From Tubulanus polymorphus (Eukaryota; Animalia; Nemertea), in assembly GCF_964204645.1 (NCBI RefSeq), contig NC_134025.1, positions 22,176,299-22,240,298 of the forward strand: a stretch of 64,000 nt of DNA, written 5' to 3'. The stretch's first letter is position 1. The number at the start of each line of letters is the position of its first letter. Under the pieces are notes generated by a model that did not search any database, was not told the origin of the DNA, and saw only the letters and a program-made list of their open reading frames with translations. Of this stretch, positions 31,406 to 46,000 are shown piece after piece. The translations under genes and the position numbers were made by a program.

Positions 31406-34400
31406 TAATATGTATTAAGATTCGTTGGAATCTATCCGAAGACCGTTTCGGACGTAGCATCTACCATTTATCTGCTGCGCAACAGATGGATGGCGCGGGA
31501 TACCGAACCTCGACAGTTTCGTTGGCGACCTCTGAAGCAAGCGTGGATAGGTGGATTACATGATTTTAGTGATAGTGTGACAAAACAACGATAAACCTGT
31601 CCCCCAATCGCATCCACAGACCCCAGCTTTTTCGATCGTATATAGATTCGAAAATATAGATTGACTGCAAATCGGTTGCAGAAAAAAAAGCATGTACCAG
31701 ACATGATACAAAACCTTGTTTCTCCTAATTTTCGTAAACCGCAACAAAATTTGTAATCAGTTCATTTGCTGCCGAGTCTGTTATTGTTAACTTGATCATG
31801 ATTTAAAAAAAGGACAGAGTTGATAGGCGGCCGGCAGGATCAACTTTTGGGCTCAGAAGAAAGAAAAACAAGGTATCTATTTGTGAAGCAACGATGGCAT
31901 GGCCATATCAGAAGCCTAGCCTCGTACGTATATGGCGGTCCATATAAAGTTGATATGATAGAAGTTTGCAAATCATTATTGAATGGTATTTCGACATTTT
32001 ATAGTGTCGTGCTGGTCTTCACATTGGACCGGCGCCAAAATTGTGACGTTCTCGACGAAAACCAGGAACAAATACCCATGCAGATGGGCATCAAATCGAA
32101 TTCCGCATATGGTTCAGAATTTGGTGCCAGGTGAAACGAGCCGACCGTCTTAATCTACACAGAGTCACATGGACGAATGAATATATTACAAACTTGACAT
32201 CAATTTCGGTATTGTGAACGATGTGAGACTGGATATTTCAGCTGCTTCCCGTGTCCTCGATATCCATTCATCTGCCTGTTCGCCATCACCATAGGTATTC
32301 AGGCCCAGTTACCAATAAAAGATAGATCTATTGTCGGGCACGAGCCACCTTGGTTTATGCAAACTATAGAAACATCTGTCAAAGGGTTTTTCATTATTTT
32401 CCTCATCATCAGCGGTCGGTCATAATGCATCAATATATATATATGGCGATATAGCCCGAAATATAAGTACATTATATTTGCATAATATGAAACACGCGTG
32501 CACCAGTTGAATAGGTTGCTTTTCTATCAAGATATATAGGTATTGAATGCAATCTGCCCGTGAGCTTCTAGTCTGGAAGTCTTGGCCAATAGGTCAATTG
32601 GATATTGAAGTGTCCAAATTCACCCAAAATTTAGGCAGGTGATACGCAACTCTAGGTATATGCACACGTCAACATACACCACCTGCCCATAGTTATAATT
32701 CATATTTCACCGCAATTCTCAAGACAATTGTCTGCATACTTAATGGCCCGGAATTGTAGAAACCATATTTCAGATTTCTCATGCTGAATTACTCGGTGTT
32801 TTAATAGCAGCTGTTTGTTAGATTTAAGAGACCCACTTCTGGGAGCCCGTACTATATCGGCGACCATTTTAAAAATCTTTTTATAGATAATTCTTTTAGC
32901 AAAAGGAGAAACATTTTACGAGGGACTTTGAATCATCGGTTTTGAATCATCAACTTATGATGATTTATTTGCATATCGTTTCATTTATTGGGGTGAGGGG
33001 GCTCATTAAATTCCCCCGGTAAACCTTCACGAAAACAGCTTGTTTCTTCTGAAATCCCACTCGATCGGTTAAATTCCGGTCACATGAATATTATTTCTGC
33101 CTACAGCAATCCTCATCATGAAATTAAAGATGCAAACTATACGTCGCGAAACCGGTATGTAAAAGGGTAAATTTTCGCTACAATAGGGCGTTTTATATCC
33201 CCTGAAGAATACCAAGTCTTCACTCATACTGGCAATAAGCCAAAATACAGTTTTTTGTCCGATCCAGGTGAAACTTCTTTTGCAAAAAAATACCCACACG
33301 TACGCGTATAGTTACACCCATTTTGGAAGTATAAATACCATCACATCGCCTCGGGAGTAGATATGGAAATACTGGATAATATATCCACGTATTTGCCTAC
33401 ACATTTGTAATTCCAAAGGAATGTTTTTAAAAATTGCGCATATACAAAGTGACGTATTCCAACTGAATGGAACTCGTTGCATCGTCTTCTATTATAACGC
33501 CTACAAATTTTCTAGAAGTATTTTTATTAACTCATGATAATGATAATGATAATGATATGAAAGACCTGTCGACCGCACAGAGTGGCCAACGGCAGATGGT
33601 CAGTGCGGGTAATATTTGAACGCGGAATTCCTGCAGAGCCCATAATAATAATCTGTCCATCGACTGAATTAAGAGATTATGTATTTAAACGTCGAATTCA
33701 AAGGATCCGGAAACTGACGACCAAAGTATCCACATTCACGACAATAGGCGTTAATGCGACGATAGCTTATGTACCGGCGCAGCGAATGAGCCGCTAAATA
33801 CTAAAACAACAGATCTGTGAAAGTGGCCAAAGATTAGTTCAATATCCGAAATTACATCGTGAAGCATAAGTGACCAAATTACTTACGACCGCCATATACA
33901 ATTAAGTCGAGCATGACCTCTATACCAATTACCTAAAGCAACGTTTTACTGTGGGCGCATTTCATTACGACAAGATGACTAAAAACATAAAAAATGAAGC
34001 ATATACACTTGATATAAATATTCATATGAAGAACTCTCAAAAAAAGGAGAAGCATTCTCAAATAAGATAGGTCTTGAATATTCTCGAGCGTATGGGGGCA
34101 TCTGTCACCAAAATAACAGAGTGGTGGGCAGGTGGATCTTTTTAATTCCTGTAGATATGGGACCGGTATAGACCACGTGTTATGTATGAAGTAATGTGAC
34201 CCTAGAGGAGATTTTAATGATTTGAAGATGTTTGAAGATATGAGTGAAAATTACAGTTTTAACATCTGCTGAAATTTGAGAAATGTTGACGAGTCACAAT
34301 TCTATATACGATATACGATTCAATTCAACTTGTTGACAAACGATAGATTGCGGGGTAAAGTTTAATTCGAAAATGCCCCATGGGCAGGAAGCGATCAGGA

Positions 34401-37400
34401 CGTCTCTTCGATGACCATATGCGTCGAGGTCTCGATGAAGAATTCTTGGCTTTCTGACCTGATATGATGATAGGGCTATATAGCAGATGATACACACGCA
34501 ATGTAAGAAAAGGCTATAGTTTTGTTAGATTACATCTCGTCCTAGTAGGTATGAACAGGAGGACGGGGCTCCCTGGTCTGAATGACCCAACAAGGGCTCA
34601 TTAAATGTGGATTCGTAATTATTTTGGTTCATTGGGAATAAAGATAGGGCATGGTTTCATACGTATCCATAATGAGCCCTTGAGCTTTTGGTCTTTGAAC
34701 AAATGAACTAATTAATAACATGCGAATTCTTGGTCACGGGAAATACGGTCATAATGGGATCAAGATACGATGACATCGGGGTACAATTAAAGGTGAATGG
34801 TCGGGTCATTATATTTCGAGAATCTACTTCAAGAAGTAGAATGGGCAATTTCCTCGGAGAGCATTGGAATTGAACTGAATTTGACTTCAGGCGCAAGATC
34901 TAGAGAATTCATTGTCAAGGATGAATGCTTCTTTTTAGTATAAACCTCTTTAAAGAGATCTTCCGTCGTAAGAAGATCGTAACTCTAATACCTAAACGTA
35001 ATTAATTTCGGGACTAGCTATGCAAAAACTATCCCAAAATATTCGAATCCTTGTGCGTTCGAAGTTGCGAACAACTTTGAACCCCGTCAGGACGGCTGCG
35101 ACCTTGGCCTCGTCCGCTTATTTTTTGATCGCCATAAAATAGTGATAGGTTCGCCATCGTTCAAGGCAGCTGCAGCGAGAGAGGGCAAAAGAAAATCCAT
35201 AGTGTACAAAAGATAAAGGATCATAAAAGATGGGGACTCTTGCATTCGTGTGTATGTGTCAACCTGAATTGTTTTATAGGTTAGGGGTCAGGCTATAGAT
35301 AAAAAAGCAGGCGTCGATAGCTTTTACATTGTCCATGACGAAAGCATCCTTTGCATCTCCGTATAAAAGATACAGCTTGCCCTGACATAAAAATAGCTGA
35401 ACTCGCTTGTTAGAAGTTTATTGAGTCAAGGGTTGTTGGCTCTCATAATCTCGAAATTACTAATTTGCCACAATTGGCCGCATATACGAGAATGGATGTG
35501 TGTTAAGTAACCAGAACCACGTGTTTCAGGCGATGTCGTGGACAGAATCTAAAAGTGATCTGTCCATCATGTTGTGCCATGATGCAGCACATATTTGAGA
35601 ACTGTTGCATTCGGGCTGTTTGCATCGAGTACATTTCATAGAATTGATAATTCGTCGTATTTGTTACACTCCTATATCCGCTTCTATTTTTTCAAGAAAT
35701 GGGAAGTTCCGAACCGACTTCGGTTTCGTTTTCGATTCGTTCATGAATAATTAACTCTTACCGGGCCAGTCGTCGGAAACTGTGGTCATAGTATTTCAGT
35801 TTTGCTGTTAAATGGTGCGTTCAGTCGAGTGGAAATTCAATCTCGGCCACATCTGGTGAATGTTTTGCTTCCGTGTTGCCCAACAATGTTGCCAGTAGTC
35901 AACGTTGCATCACCGCATTACGTCACATCACGTCTGCGATGGTAACCAGAAACTGTTATTTCAAGAAACTCCACCGCGCCCCCGACCAGAAGTGAAGTCG
36001 GCCACAAAATGAAACATCAATATACGACTTAACCCCATAATTTTACGGCAGAATAAGTGCCTATGAGGTGGATAATTACTGGCTAAAACAGTTTCACTCT
36101 GGCTAATCGCGAGTTTCAGATTTCGTACTATCTTCAAGTTGATATTTACGATTTCGTCCGTAGCCCACCCGCTTTTTCTTGATAGTGTAAGGTGTAATAA
36201 AGCAATAGACGTGTTTGTTATAACTGTGTCGTAACCAATATTTAGATAAACGCGATTTCCAATGTTAAACAATTATTTTACTTCGAGAGATAACGTGTTT
36301 TGAGTTATTTATTATCAGTCAAAATTTCGGCCTTTTTTACTGCAGCGATAACATCAGAACTGCTCGACCTGCTTCAATCGACCAAGGCTCCGATGAACGC
36401 GAATATACTTTTTTTTCATACGTTTCGGCTGAAGCGCGCGATTATTTTGACAGCTTGAAACTGAAACTACCCGCAAAAATGCCACTTCGAACACCGGCAG
36501 TCAGGTGTTACCCCAGCCACGAGATTCCGATGGAAGAGTATGGAGCCTGGAAACCAATCATCCCATCGAAGTCGATCTGGCAGTAGGGTTTTCTTATAGT
36601 ATTAAATGGACATTTTAACCCAAGAGAACCAATGTGGTCGTATCTACCCAGCCAATTTGACCCTCATCAAACTCTTCAATACAATAAAAAAACCATGCCC
36701 AATGGGACACGGGTATAGCATGGTGACGTCTGATGTCAGGTTTTGGTCCATTTTCCAGAAGTAGGTGAGAGTTGCCAAATTAAAAAAAAGTCCGGTTTGT
36801 ATTTCGCTATGCTACAGCTACGTATAGCTGCAATGAAATGTATTTTCATAGTTTTTGTGTGGTTACAATTTGTCTTCTTTTTAAGCGGCTTGCGGTCTCG
36901 CAGTACAGGCTTTTAGTATTGTGGAAAAGATCACAGATTTAAAATCTCCTATAAAATGGTTCCAAGTGAATTACATATTGAACTATAGATGATAAGAATA
37001 TGCGCTAAACATGTTGTTTTATGTAGCAGTTCAAAATCACATGAGGTTAATCGTACAGCTTATCATCACTAATATACTGGCTCGATAATACTCGCCTGTT
37101 GTTTGGTAATTTCCTCTGGGTCAAAAAGCAGTGCGAAGGTAACCTATACTTATATGAGGAAAAAAGTGCAATAATAATGGAGAGGTTCATTCAGTCAACG
37201 CTCCTCCGTTGGTGAAAGAAAGGCCGAGAAAGTTTGTATCATTTTGAACCGATTAGTGTCAGGATATGTTTCTATATATAATAGTTCAATATACATAGGA
37301 TGTTATAGATAAAGATAAAAGACCAATGATAACCTTTGTATGATTGAAGACATAGCCCGCCTTGATGTCACTGAGTTCTCAAAAAAGAATTCGCAAAGCC

Positions 37401-40400
37401 GATGAAATAGCAAACCTCCCCAATGATATCACCCTAAATGAATCTACGTTATCAACACTGAGGTCAGTACCGAAACTACGTCAGACTTTTGGCAATGGCC
37501 AAATTTTAGGACCAGGAAGCCGTTTCACAACTCACTTAATGCCCATGCAATTTGTGGAACTGGTTCCGGGAGGCACGGACTCTGAAATCGTTTTATAGTC
37601 CATGCTCGAGGTAAACTTCATCAAGGGAACTGGGTCTAGGCGTTAGCAGACGGTTTTTTCCTCCGTTAAAACCCCGTTGGCAAAGTCTAGTCGGTCGTGG
37701 GTGTTCAATTGATCGGAGCGATTTTCCTACGTCGCTATATATGAAACCTATAACAACTTAATTAGGTTATATTTATTCAATACAATGATAAAACGCATTT
37801 CGTAAGTTGCAAGTTAATACTGTTAACATGCCAGTCTAACGTTCATTCGATACCACCATAACTACAATGTCGTGGGAATCATTTAGTTGGAAAGAATGGC
37901 ATTTTGGTATACCCACACATCTTCAGGCAAATCTTATTAATATTCTGAAATGATTGTCGAACTTTGATGCTGGTGGTGGTTGTTGGGGGATGCAATGAGA
38001 AATGGATCAGATGGCGTTTTTCCTGTCACCATTCCAATTCGCCCGCAGATACGAAGAGCGTTGGTAACGTAGCGTCGTTAGTTTCGGACAGCCATTATTA
38101 CTCTTTCGCTGTGAAATGTACGGTGAATGAACGCGATAATTCGATAGTTAATTGGGTTTAATTGAGTGATGTTTTAACACTTATACGAGTGCATTATCTT
38201 ACGACCGCTCGTAGATACGCGTCAAAGACCGAGTAAATGAATTATTCCCTGTGATAAAATTACGAAAAACATAACGCAGTGTCGCGGTAAAGGTATAGAT
38301 CGTGAGACTTTACGTGAACACTGAATGAATGAAGTCGGCTGCGGAGAAAGAGGTGTTTTTGTCTGAAATTCCCCGACAAGTACCTCGTGTCGACGAAGGT
38401 GCAGAAGTTCTACCACCAACAGAAACAGGAAATCGACAATTCGCCTACATAAAACAGTTAGTTTCTACACGACTTAGATACGTACATACACACGCCAAGT
38501 CATACCTTTATTTCCTAAAGACCCGGACGTTTTATATGTTTTACGCGTCGAGATTTTCGGGGGGAAAAGTGTTCTATTTACCGAGTTTATCACATTCTAC
38601 CGGTTTGTTTATAGATTTCCCCATGTTTTAGCTTGTAATAAGCTTGTTACCGTTTCAACGTGACGCAACTTCTAAATATTTGTCGAGTCGTCGAGGAAAG
38701 AAATCGAATCAACACGAAACTTCTATAGAATGATTGCCGAAACCATCAAAACTATCTCGAACTTGTTATTCTTTGGCAAATTACGTCATGGGTTTACGCC
38801 TATAAAAATACAGGTTGGATTGCCTGTCGTATATTCTAGTTGTGAAGCTGGTAGTTTGGCAAATCCTTCTGATAAATAACACTGACAATGAATGAGAAAT
38901 CACAGATAATAGCGAGGCCGAGTTTGTTTAATTGCCAACTATTTCCCCGGTTTATATTCATCAATTTTCTTCAGTTCATCTCGACAATGGTCGAAATTGG
39001 TGGCTTGTATATATTAACAACGAATATGTCAGAGAAACAAATAGACTTAGGTAATCGGTATAAAGGCTCCAGGTGAGATTACATTCTCATCCGGGAAGCC
39101 ATAATCTCGCTGGTTTATAGAGGACCAGGTGAGTCTATGCGCGGCCTTCGATATTGTTTGGCTTGTAGACTTCCTCGTAAATGACCGGGCATCCTTAATG
39201 AATCCGGTACCTAATTACACGCGGGACGTTTCGAAAGGTTTAGCCTATAGGCGCCCGTGGGTAGTTCACCTGGTGCTGAATACAAATTAGGTCAAATACT
39301 AGCTAAGAGTCGTAGATTATCCGGGTGGATTACCATGTCTATTCGAGGAAATCTCCTGACCTCCTTCGGCGAAGTTTGAATTTCTCGTACAATTCTTGTA
39401 ACTAATTCTCTAAAGTATCTTATTAGATCCAAGAGAGACTTCATTGATTTCAGATAACGAGCCCTATTGCGCAAGATGTGCTCGGGTATGATTTATCGAT
39501 TCAAACTCCGGACATTTTGCTCGTGAATTATGAAAATCCAATAACACGTGTTTGTAAAAGTGTTTTCAAAATAAATTCTGAATTTTGGTGCTTAATTTTC
39601 TCGATCTTTTTAACCGTGAAAGTGATAATCAAACGAATAAAGTGCTAGAAAAAGCAGACAGGTTCAACAAACGTTTACAATTTCTTATCAAAGAATCTGA
39701 CATATCGAGTACCGGTGCAGAATAAGAATTAGATGGTCAGTTGCGAAACATATTCTGAAATCGATTCAGATCGTGGAATTTCTCGCCAGTTTAAAACGAT
39801 AGATTCGGTCGTAATGAGGTCCAAGATAAATCTATGACTTTGGATGATAGTGCAACCTTGGCGATCTTTTTAGTCATGTTTAGTGGCTCGTTGAATGGCG
39901 AACACCTTGTTATGCGATAATCATAACAATTACCGCGGAAGCGATTTGTTTCTTTTGCTAAGCATTTCGTACATAAATCAGCCTAGCAACCAACGGTTTG
40001 ATTTCTGATAATGATTAATGATACATATCTCGATACTTTGACCTTATTTTCACCTACTATACGTATGGTTTTTTATGTAGATAACAAAAATCTCAAACTT
40101 GTATAAATAAGGTATCGATAGATGAATATTTCAACACAATATATATAACCACTAACTATATGAGTTGAAGAAGAAATAAGGAATTGATTTTGAGATTCTA
40201 ATCGCTATCATAGACAGATCAAAGACAGGCAAGCGAATTTTCAGTTCTTTTTGCTACGTATAAGCAAGCAGGAGATAACAAGGATTTTTAGCTCAGAAAA
40301 CTGGCGGCAATTTTTACGTGAGTCACTTCCATCTGAATGGTTTTTTTAAACGCGCGGGAAAGATAATGTTTTTTCCATTCTGTTTACGATTACAGGTAAT

Positions 40401-41913
40401 ATGAATTTCCATGAACAGCCGATGTGCCGGTGCTGGTAACTTTGTACCGACGGTTAGTTTATTTGACATAGAAATTGTCTTGACAGCCGACACAACGCTT
40501 TCATTCGTTTTTAGGTACGGTTTTTTAGAAAAGACACATGCTACTGACGGCTGTTTTGCCGCCGCCACCCCGGGTTGGAGTTTGGCCCTGTCGAAATAGG
40601 AATATAGGACACGACGTTCTTTTATCGTCTGAAAGTCGTAGTGGCTTACGAAGCGAGCGCTATAGCAAGTCGAATCCAGTTCCATCGGTAGTTGCTAGTT
40701 GTGCGGTTGGTGGAGTGGTGTGCGTAATTATCGGTAACCTAGTCCTGTCCATTTTTGAAAGATCCCTCGCTGAAATCAGCTACGTAGATAGCTGAACTAC
40801 GAATGCCCTGTCATAACCTGAAAATTGAAAAAAAAGAGTGTGACTTGGCATATCTCAATCGACATACGTATCTGCCCTCTTCTGTAAAGTTAATGACGAT
40901 GAAACCCATTTTCCTGCTGAATTGTAAATTCCATGATCCCCAACGAATTGAATGTGACATTGAAAATACAAACTGTGAACATCATGGAATTCAAATTAGC
41001 CAATCATGGAGTTTGTATCACTTAAAAATATTGTATGTATTTGTCACTTTATAGAACCATGTACGTATTGCTTCTGTGTTCTAAGCAACTGATCAATGAA
41101 ACATATTATATTCCAATCGTGTTTGAATTTGTCCATAATCGATACTCCAAAGCCCAGAACGGACTCAAATACCACAGATTCAGTCTTAATTTGTTGGACT
41201 TTTATTGGGCAAAATGCGTAGTCTGAAAATCGAGCTGCGCCATACCATCTTTGGGTTATTAAGACACATCTATTTCACTAAGATCAGACTAACAATAACA
41301 AAATCAAGATCTGAGAACAATCGTAAGAAGTCATCACAGATTCAAGTCCGGGTCTCTGTAATCTGGTAAATCAATCCAAAAATAGTAAAAAATTGAAAAT
41401 GATAAATACTCCCGAATTCCTTATGTTAAATTCATCGTGAACCATAAACGAGATTGATTTATAGGTTCAAAAAAGATTTCTAATTGAACTTCCGTTATAA
41501 ATTGGTCATGCGTCCCAGCAACCATTGTACAAACTTTCGCTCGAATTATTTTTGTCATTTCAGGCACTTTCACCGCGTGTGATAAATGAAATCTAATTTT
41601 GACCCGACGCGAGCATCAATAATAATGACCTGTGACCTCGTGGGAGGGTCGCTAGGCCGGACAAGTGACGGAATCTCTCACACTGTCCAACAATAAACTG
41701 TTGCATCACGCGTGAGCAATAAGTTATCGGGCATGAATTGAAATGTTTGTAACCGTTCGTAATTCGGTCTCTGTGCTATCAGTTTCTTGTTTTAGAAATC
41801 GAAGAGGAAATTGTATCCCGCCAAACCCCTCCGAGGAATTCTATAACTACAGAAATTGTATGCGTGATCTTAACAAATAAAAACCCACAGTTACATCTGT
41901 AAAACAGTTTATT

Positions 41914-41959
41914 TTCCTTACACTTTCGAGGCTTTAACTAAGACCCATCATCAGAGGAA
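41914..41959 (-). ncRNA. Minimal type I hammerhead ribozyme-like motif (Penelope-type)
   Basis: Reverse complement UUCCU-CUGAUGA-UGGGUCUUAGUUAAAGCCUC-GAAA-GU-GUA-AGGAA, followed by AAUAAA. Stem I UUCCU/AGGAA, GUA cleavage triplet, imperfect stem II. Confidence 0.55.
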
Positions 41960-42789
41960 CAAAAAACACTAGATAGATATCAGTTATTTGCAGTCGTGCG
42001 TGATCTTGCTGATAAAAACTATGATTTTCCACTTTTTCTGTGGAGAGGTGATGTCACAACTTGGTAGGGAGACAAACGCCACATCATACTACTGTCTGTC
42101 ACTGCAAAATTACTCAACACATTCTCAAGAAGAGTCGTCGCGCCTAACGAAATAGACGAATGATTGGTCTTTTGTTACGTCACATCATTGATGACATCGA
42201 TTAAAACCGTTAATCAATTGAGATGTTATTAAACACGAAAATATAATTGGGTCGTTAATTGACCGGGCGACCGTCGTCTGAGGCTTTCTTTCTAATAGCG
42301 ACTTACTAATTAACTCGCTAAGTGATTAATTTTCTATTAATTTGACGAGAAAACGCGTGTAAGTCCATTTTCACACCATGTCCGCCAGTCCATAGTAAAA
42401 AAAGTAACAAAAGCAATTTCACAAATGCCTCCAAAATCATGGACAGTAAAATCAAGAACTGTATGTAGAAAATAAAATAGTTAGACAAAATCATCATACA
42501 AATGCAAATCAACTAATCTAACAGTTAGCGATTCACATAAAATGAAACATATTGCGCTCCATTTTGGGTATTCAATAATAGCCAAACTGATGGTAATTTC
42601 AGTTGCTAAACATCAAACTGTCAAAAAAGCGCGTTAAATATCCGAGGGAGAGTGATATTCAAATGTCATCAGTATCTCTTGGCGGGAATAATTATGCATC
42701 TTTTTGATACCGTCACAAGCTACCGATGTAGTTTGGCGACGGATCCGACAACAACTGGTCGATCCTGGGCCCACCTGGGGTTCGTATCG

Positions 42790-43027
42790 CCAAATACAAT
42801 GATTGACAGTCTGGGCGGCGCTTAGCGTAGCGCGTATAAATTGGTGCGATGCCGCCGATGACAGCATTGGCCGGCATGCGAGGCTGACATGAACATCTAA
42901 CTTAGACAAGTCATTTTAACGTCTAAACTCCAGTGAAAAGCTGTAATAGAGAACTCCGGCCAATCGGACCATCTAAGGAGGCCTCTAACTCGAAATTCTA
43001 GGAATAAATTCAAAGGATAATCGTCAA
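42790..43027 (+). promoter_or_regulatory. Putative cyclin D core promoter and 5' UTR
   Basis: TATA-like cgcgTATAAAttgg at ~42835 inside a CpG-rich patch about 190 bp upstream of the ATG. Confidence 0.4.
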
Positions 43028-46000
43028 ATGGATCGACTACACGAATATTGTCGAGAAGAGGACGGCGTTCGAAGAACGAAAGTTGATAAAGTTTTTCTCC
43101 AGGACAATCGAGTGCTGCAAAACTTGATTTCACTAGAAGAGAAATACACAGTGACATTTCCATATTTTAAATGTGTTCAGACTGACTTAAAACCGTACAT
43201 GAGAAAAATGGTGTCAACGTGGATGCTCGAGGTAGGGTCACTGGCATTAAATCTTACAATTTTTTCAACTGCACATTTAGAATTAATTTTTATATGCGAT
43301 TTTACGTGAATCAAATAATAATGTTCCAAAGCGTTCATTTCTAAAGCATTTAAGTATATCTCGATTTTGAAGGCTTCAACTTTATTAGAGCCACTGAACG
43401 CTATGATTACACAGTGAAAGCCACTGCTGAAAGTGCACCGCGTGGTCTGTAGGCGCCAAAACACGCAAACACTTTTATCGATCTCATTCACGTCAGCGTG
43501 GACGTCATATCAATTAATATGTACTGCTTAACTTTTTGAACAGTTATCGTTCATCGTTCTAAATTAGTATTTCCTTCTTGATAGTTTTTGGTTATTTTGT
43601 GTGGTTTTACCGACTATTTAGTTCGAAATGTATTTCGTTGCTATGATAACCTCAAAGATATTGGCCAGAATGATTGCAAGTCTTTTTTCCATTTTATGTC
43701 AGGTTTGTGAGGAGCAAAGGACAGAAGAGGAGGTTTTCCCATTAGCAATGAATTACATGGACAGATTTCTATCGACAACGAATATACATAAAACGCAATT
43801 ACAAGTGCTTGGAACTACTTGTCTGTTCATTGCTTCTAAATTAAAAGACACTATTCCATTAACAGCTGAACAATTAGTGAAATACACAGATAACTCAGTC
43901 TCCTTTGATGAATTAATGGTAATTATGAATTTTTCTTTATATCTGAATGATTGTTGTAGTTTAATGCATGCTTATCTACAAGTGGTAATATTGGTTTAGT
44001 ACTAGGTGTTGAAAACTGATTAGATCTTGTTCCTATGTGGTTGAATTTAGTGTGAACTTATTTTCTAAGCTTGGCAAATGTTAGTTCTGGAACCTGGAGT
44101 TGGCCTTATATTGTTATAAGAACTAGATGTAAATGTCACTTGGTATTGATATGTAAAATGCATCCATGGTCTTTGATGAAATGGACTGAAAGGATGTAAT
44201 TTAGCCTTTTCTATCCATTGACTCATCCTGACCTGGGTGATCTCTTGGGAGATTGGGCTAAATTTAACATAGTTAATCTGTGTATGGCCACAGATTGTGT
44301 GCTTTTCACATCCCTGGCTGAGTTGCTGTGGTAGGTCAGTTCAAACCATGCAACAGGCAAAGCCCTAGAGGCTTGACCAACCAATCTAAGAAGTCTGTCA
44401 GAGTTGGTCAATATTATGTAAGGCCAATGAATTCTTATGGCTTGTTGCATCACAGTCATTTATTGGCCTATCATCCAGATTATCCTTAGTCGGTTATTGA
44501 TGTGTTGCATCATTGCCCATTGATGGCTTCATCCATCTCTCAGGAATCTGTTACTTACACTGACTTACCTTTAATAAAAACATTCATTAAGTTTTTGGTT
44601 TACCTTTGTTTGAATTTTCTATTCATCTAACTGACACAAGGAAATATAGTAATGTCCTAAGTTAAATGACCGTTAAGAAAAAAAAAGATATTTCAATTTA
44701 TAAGTTTAACAGAATTAATCTGTCTACTTTAATTTATCACACATCCTAGAAGAGTTATGAGTTTTCAAGCTACCACTCTAAAAAAAGAATAGCGACAAAT
44801 ATTTTTGGTTGGTTCCCGGCATTGATACATATTTGCATCTACCATCATTACTGTAAAAATTCATGTGAAGTTTTCCCAGGCTCTCAGTGCTACCATCATG
44901 AATGGAAGTGGCCTGGATTTTATGAATGAGTCTGAAGTTGGCGGCTCTGTTCCTATTGGCTGGTAAAAGTTCATTGATAAAAGTGGTGCACTCCCTGTAT
45001 TAGTGTTGACCCAGAACTGCTATATATCCTGGTGCTTAGACATCCATCACTTGAACAAATATGCTTTATTCCTGAATTCCCCGAACTTTCCTGGCCAGAG
45101 TTTCCAGCGCTTCTAGCAGTTCTAGCAGTAGGGGTGCATATTTCACCCAATATATTGCCCCATGTCCCCTGTGTCTGAATAACCAGACATTAAAGAATGA
45201 TACATTCTGGAGCGGAGCTTGCGTCTACAACATGCAGCTGCAGCTGCCTCATCGTCTAGTTTTATTACTGGAAAACTTTTGAATATTCAACTTCAAAACA
45301 TATTTTCCAGTGTATTTCCTATTGTATCAATACCATATTTCATTTATCTTTTGGGTAGTTAAACTCCTTTCAAATTGATATTCCGCATGCAAAGTTTTCC
45401 TTGAAGATGTTTCCGTTTGTAATACCTTGTGGGAGGGGTGTATTGCATGTTTGTTCGATGTTGTTTTTGAGTGTCGTTGGTTTTTACGTTTTGCAGGACT
45501 GGGAATTACTTGTTGTCACGAAATTACGCTGGGATTTATCATCAGTGACTGCACACGACTTTTTAGATCAATTACTATGTCGATTGCCTATCGTAGACAA
45601 TGACCAGTTGCTATCGATAAAACGACACGCCCAAACGTTCATAGCTCTATGCGCAACAGGTAAGCAGCAAGTTCAGTGATTAATGAAGCAATTTATCAAA
45701 CTCAAGTTTTCTCTGCGACCTGAGTGTCACCAAACGTGTGGGCAAGTAAATATTACCTAGTCGGCAGTGTAAGCAGTGGTTCTTTTTGATAAGAAAAACT
45801 TTAAATCATCAAACTGCATTCGTTGCTATTATGGCATCTACGGTTTTTTTTTTGCATATGTAATGAGTGCACAAGTTGACGTTGTATCTATGTGGACTCC
45901 TGTCATTTGAAAGTTCTGCATATTGTTCACACATAACCCTCGGAGAAGAGTGGGTGTGCATTCTACCCATGATGCAAATAATTGTCCGACACTTAAATTT

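Noticed and set aside
25700-42900. About 30 short ORFs (60-127 aa) in the region upstream of cyclin D
   Set aside because: No recognisable domains, many non-ATG starts and no consistent splice-phase chain; they are consistent with random ORFs in non-coding DNA.
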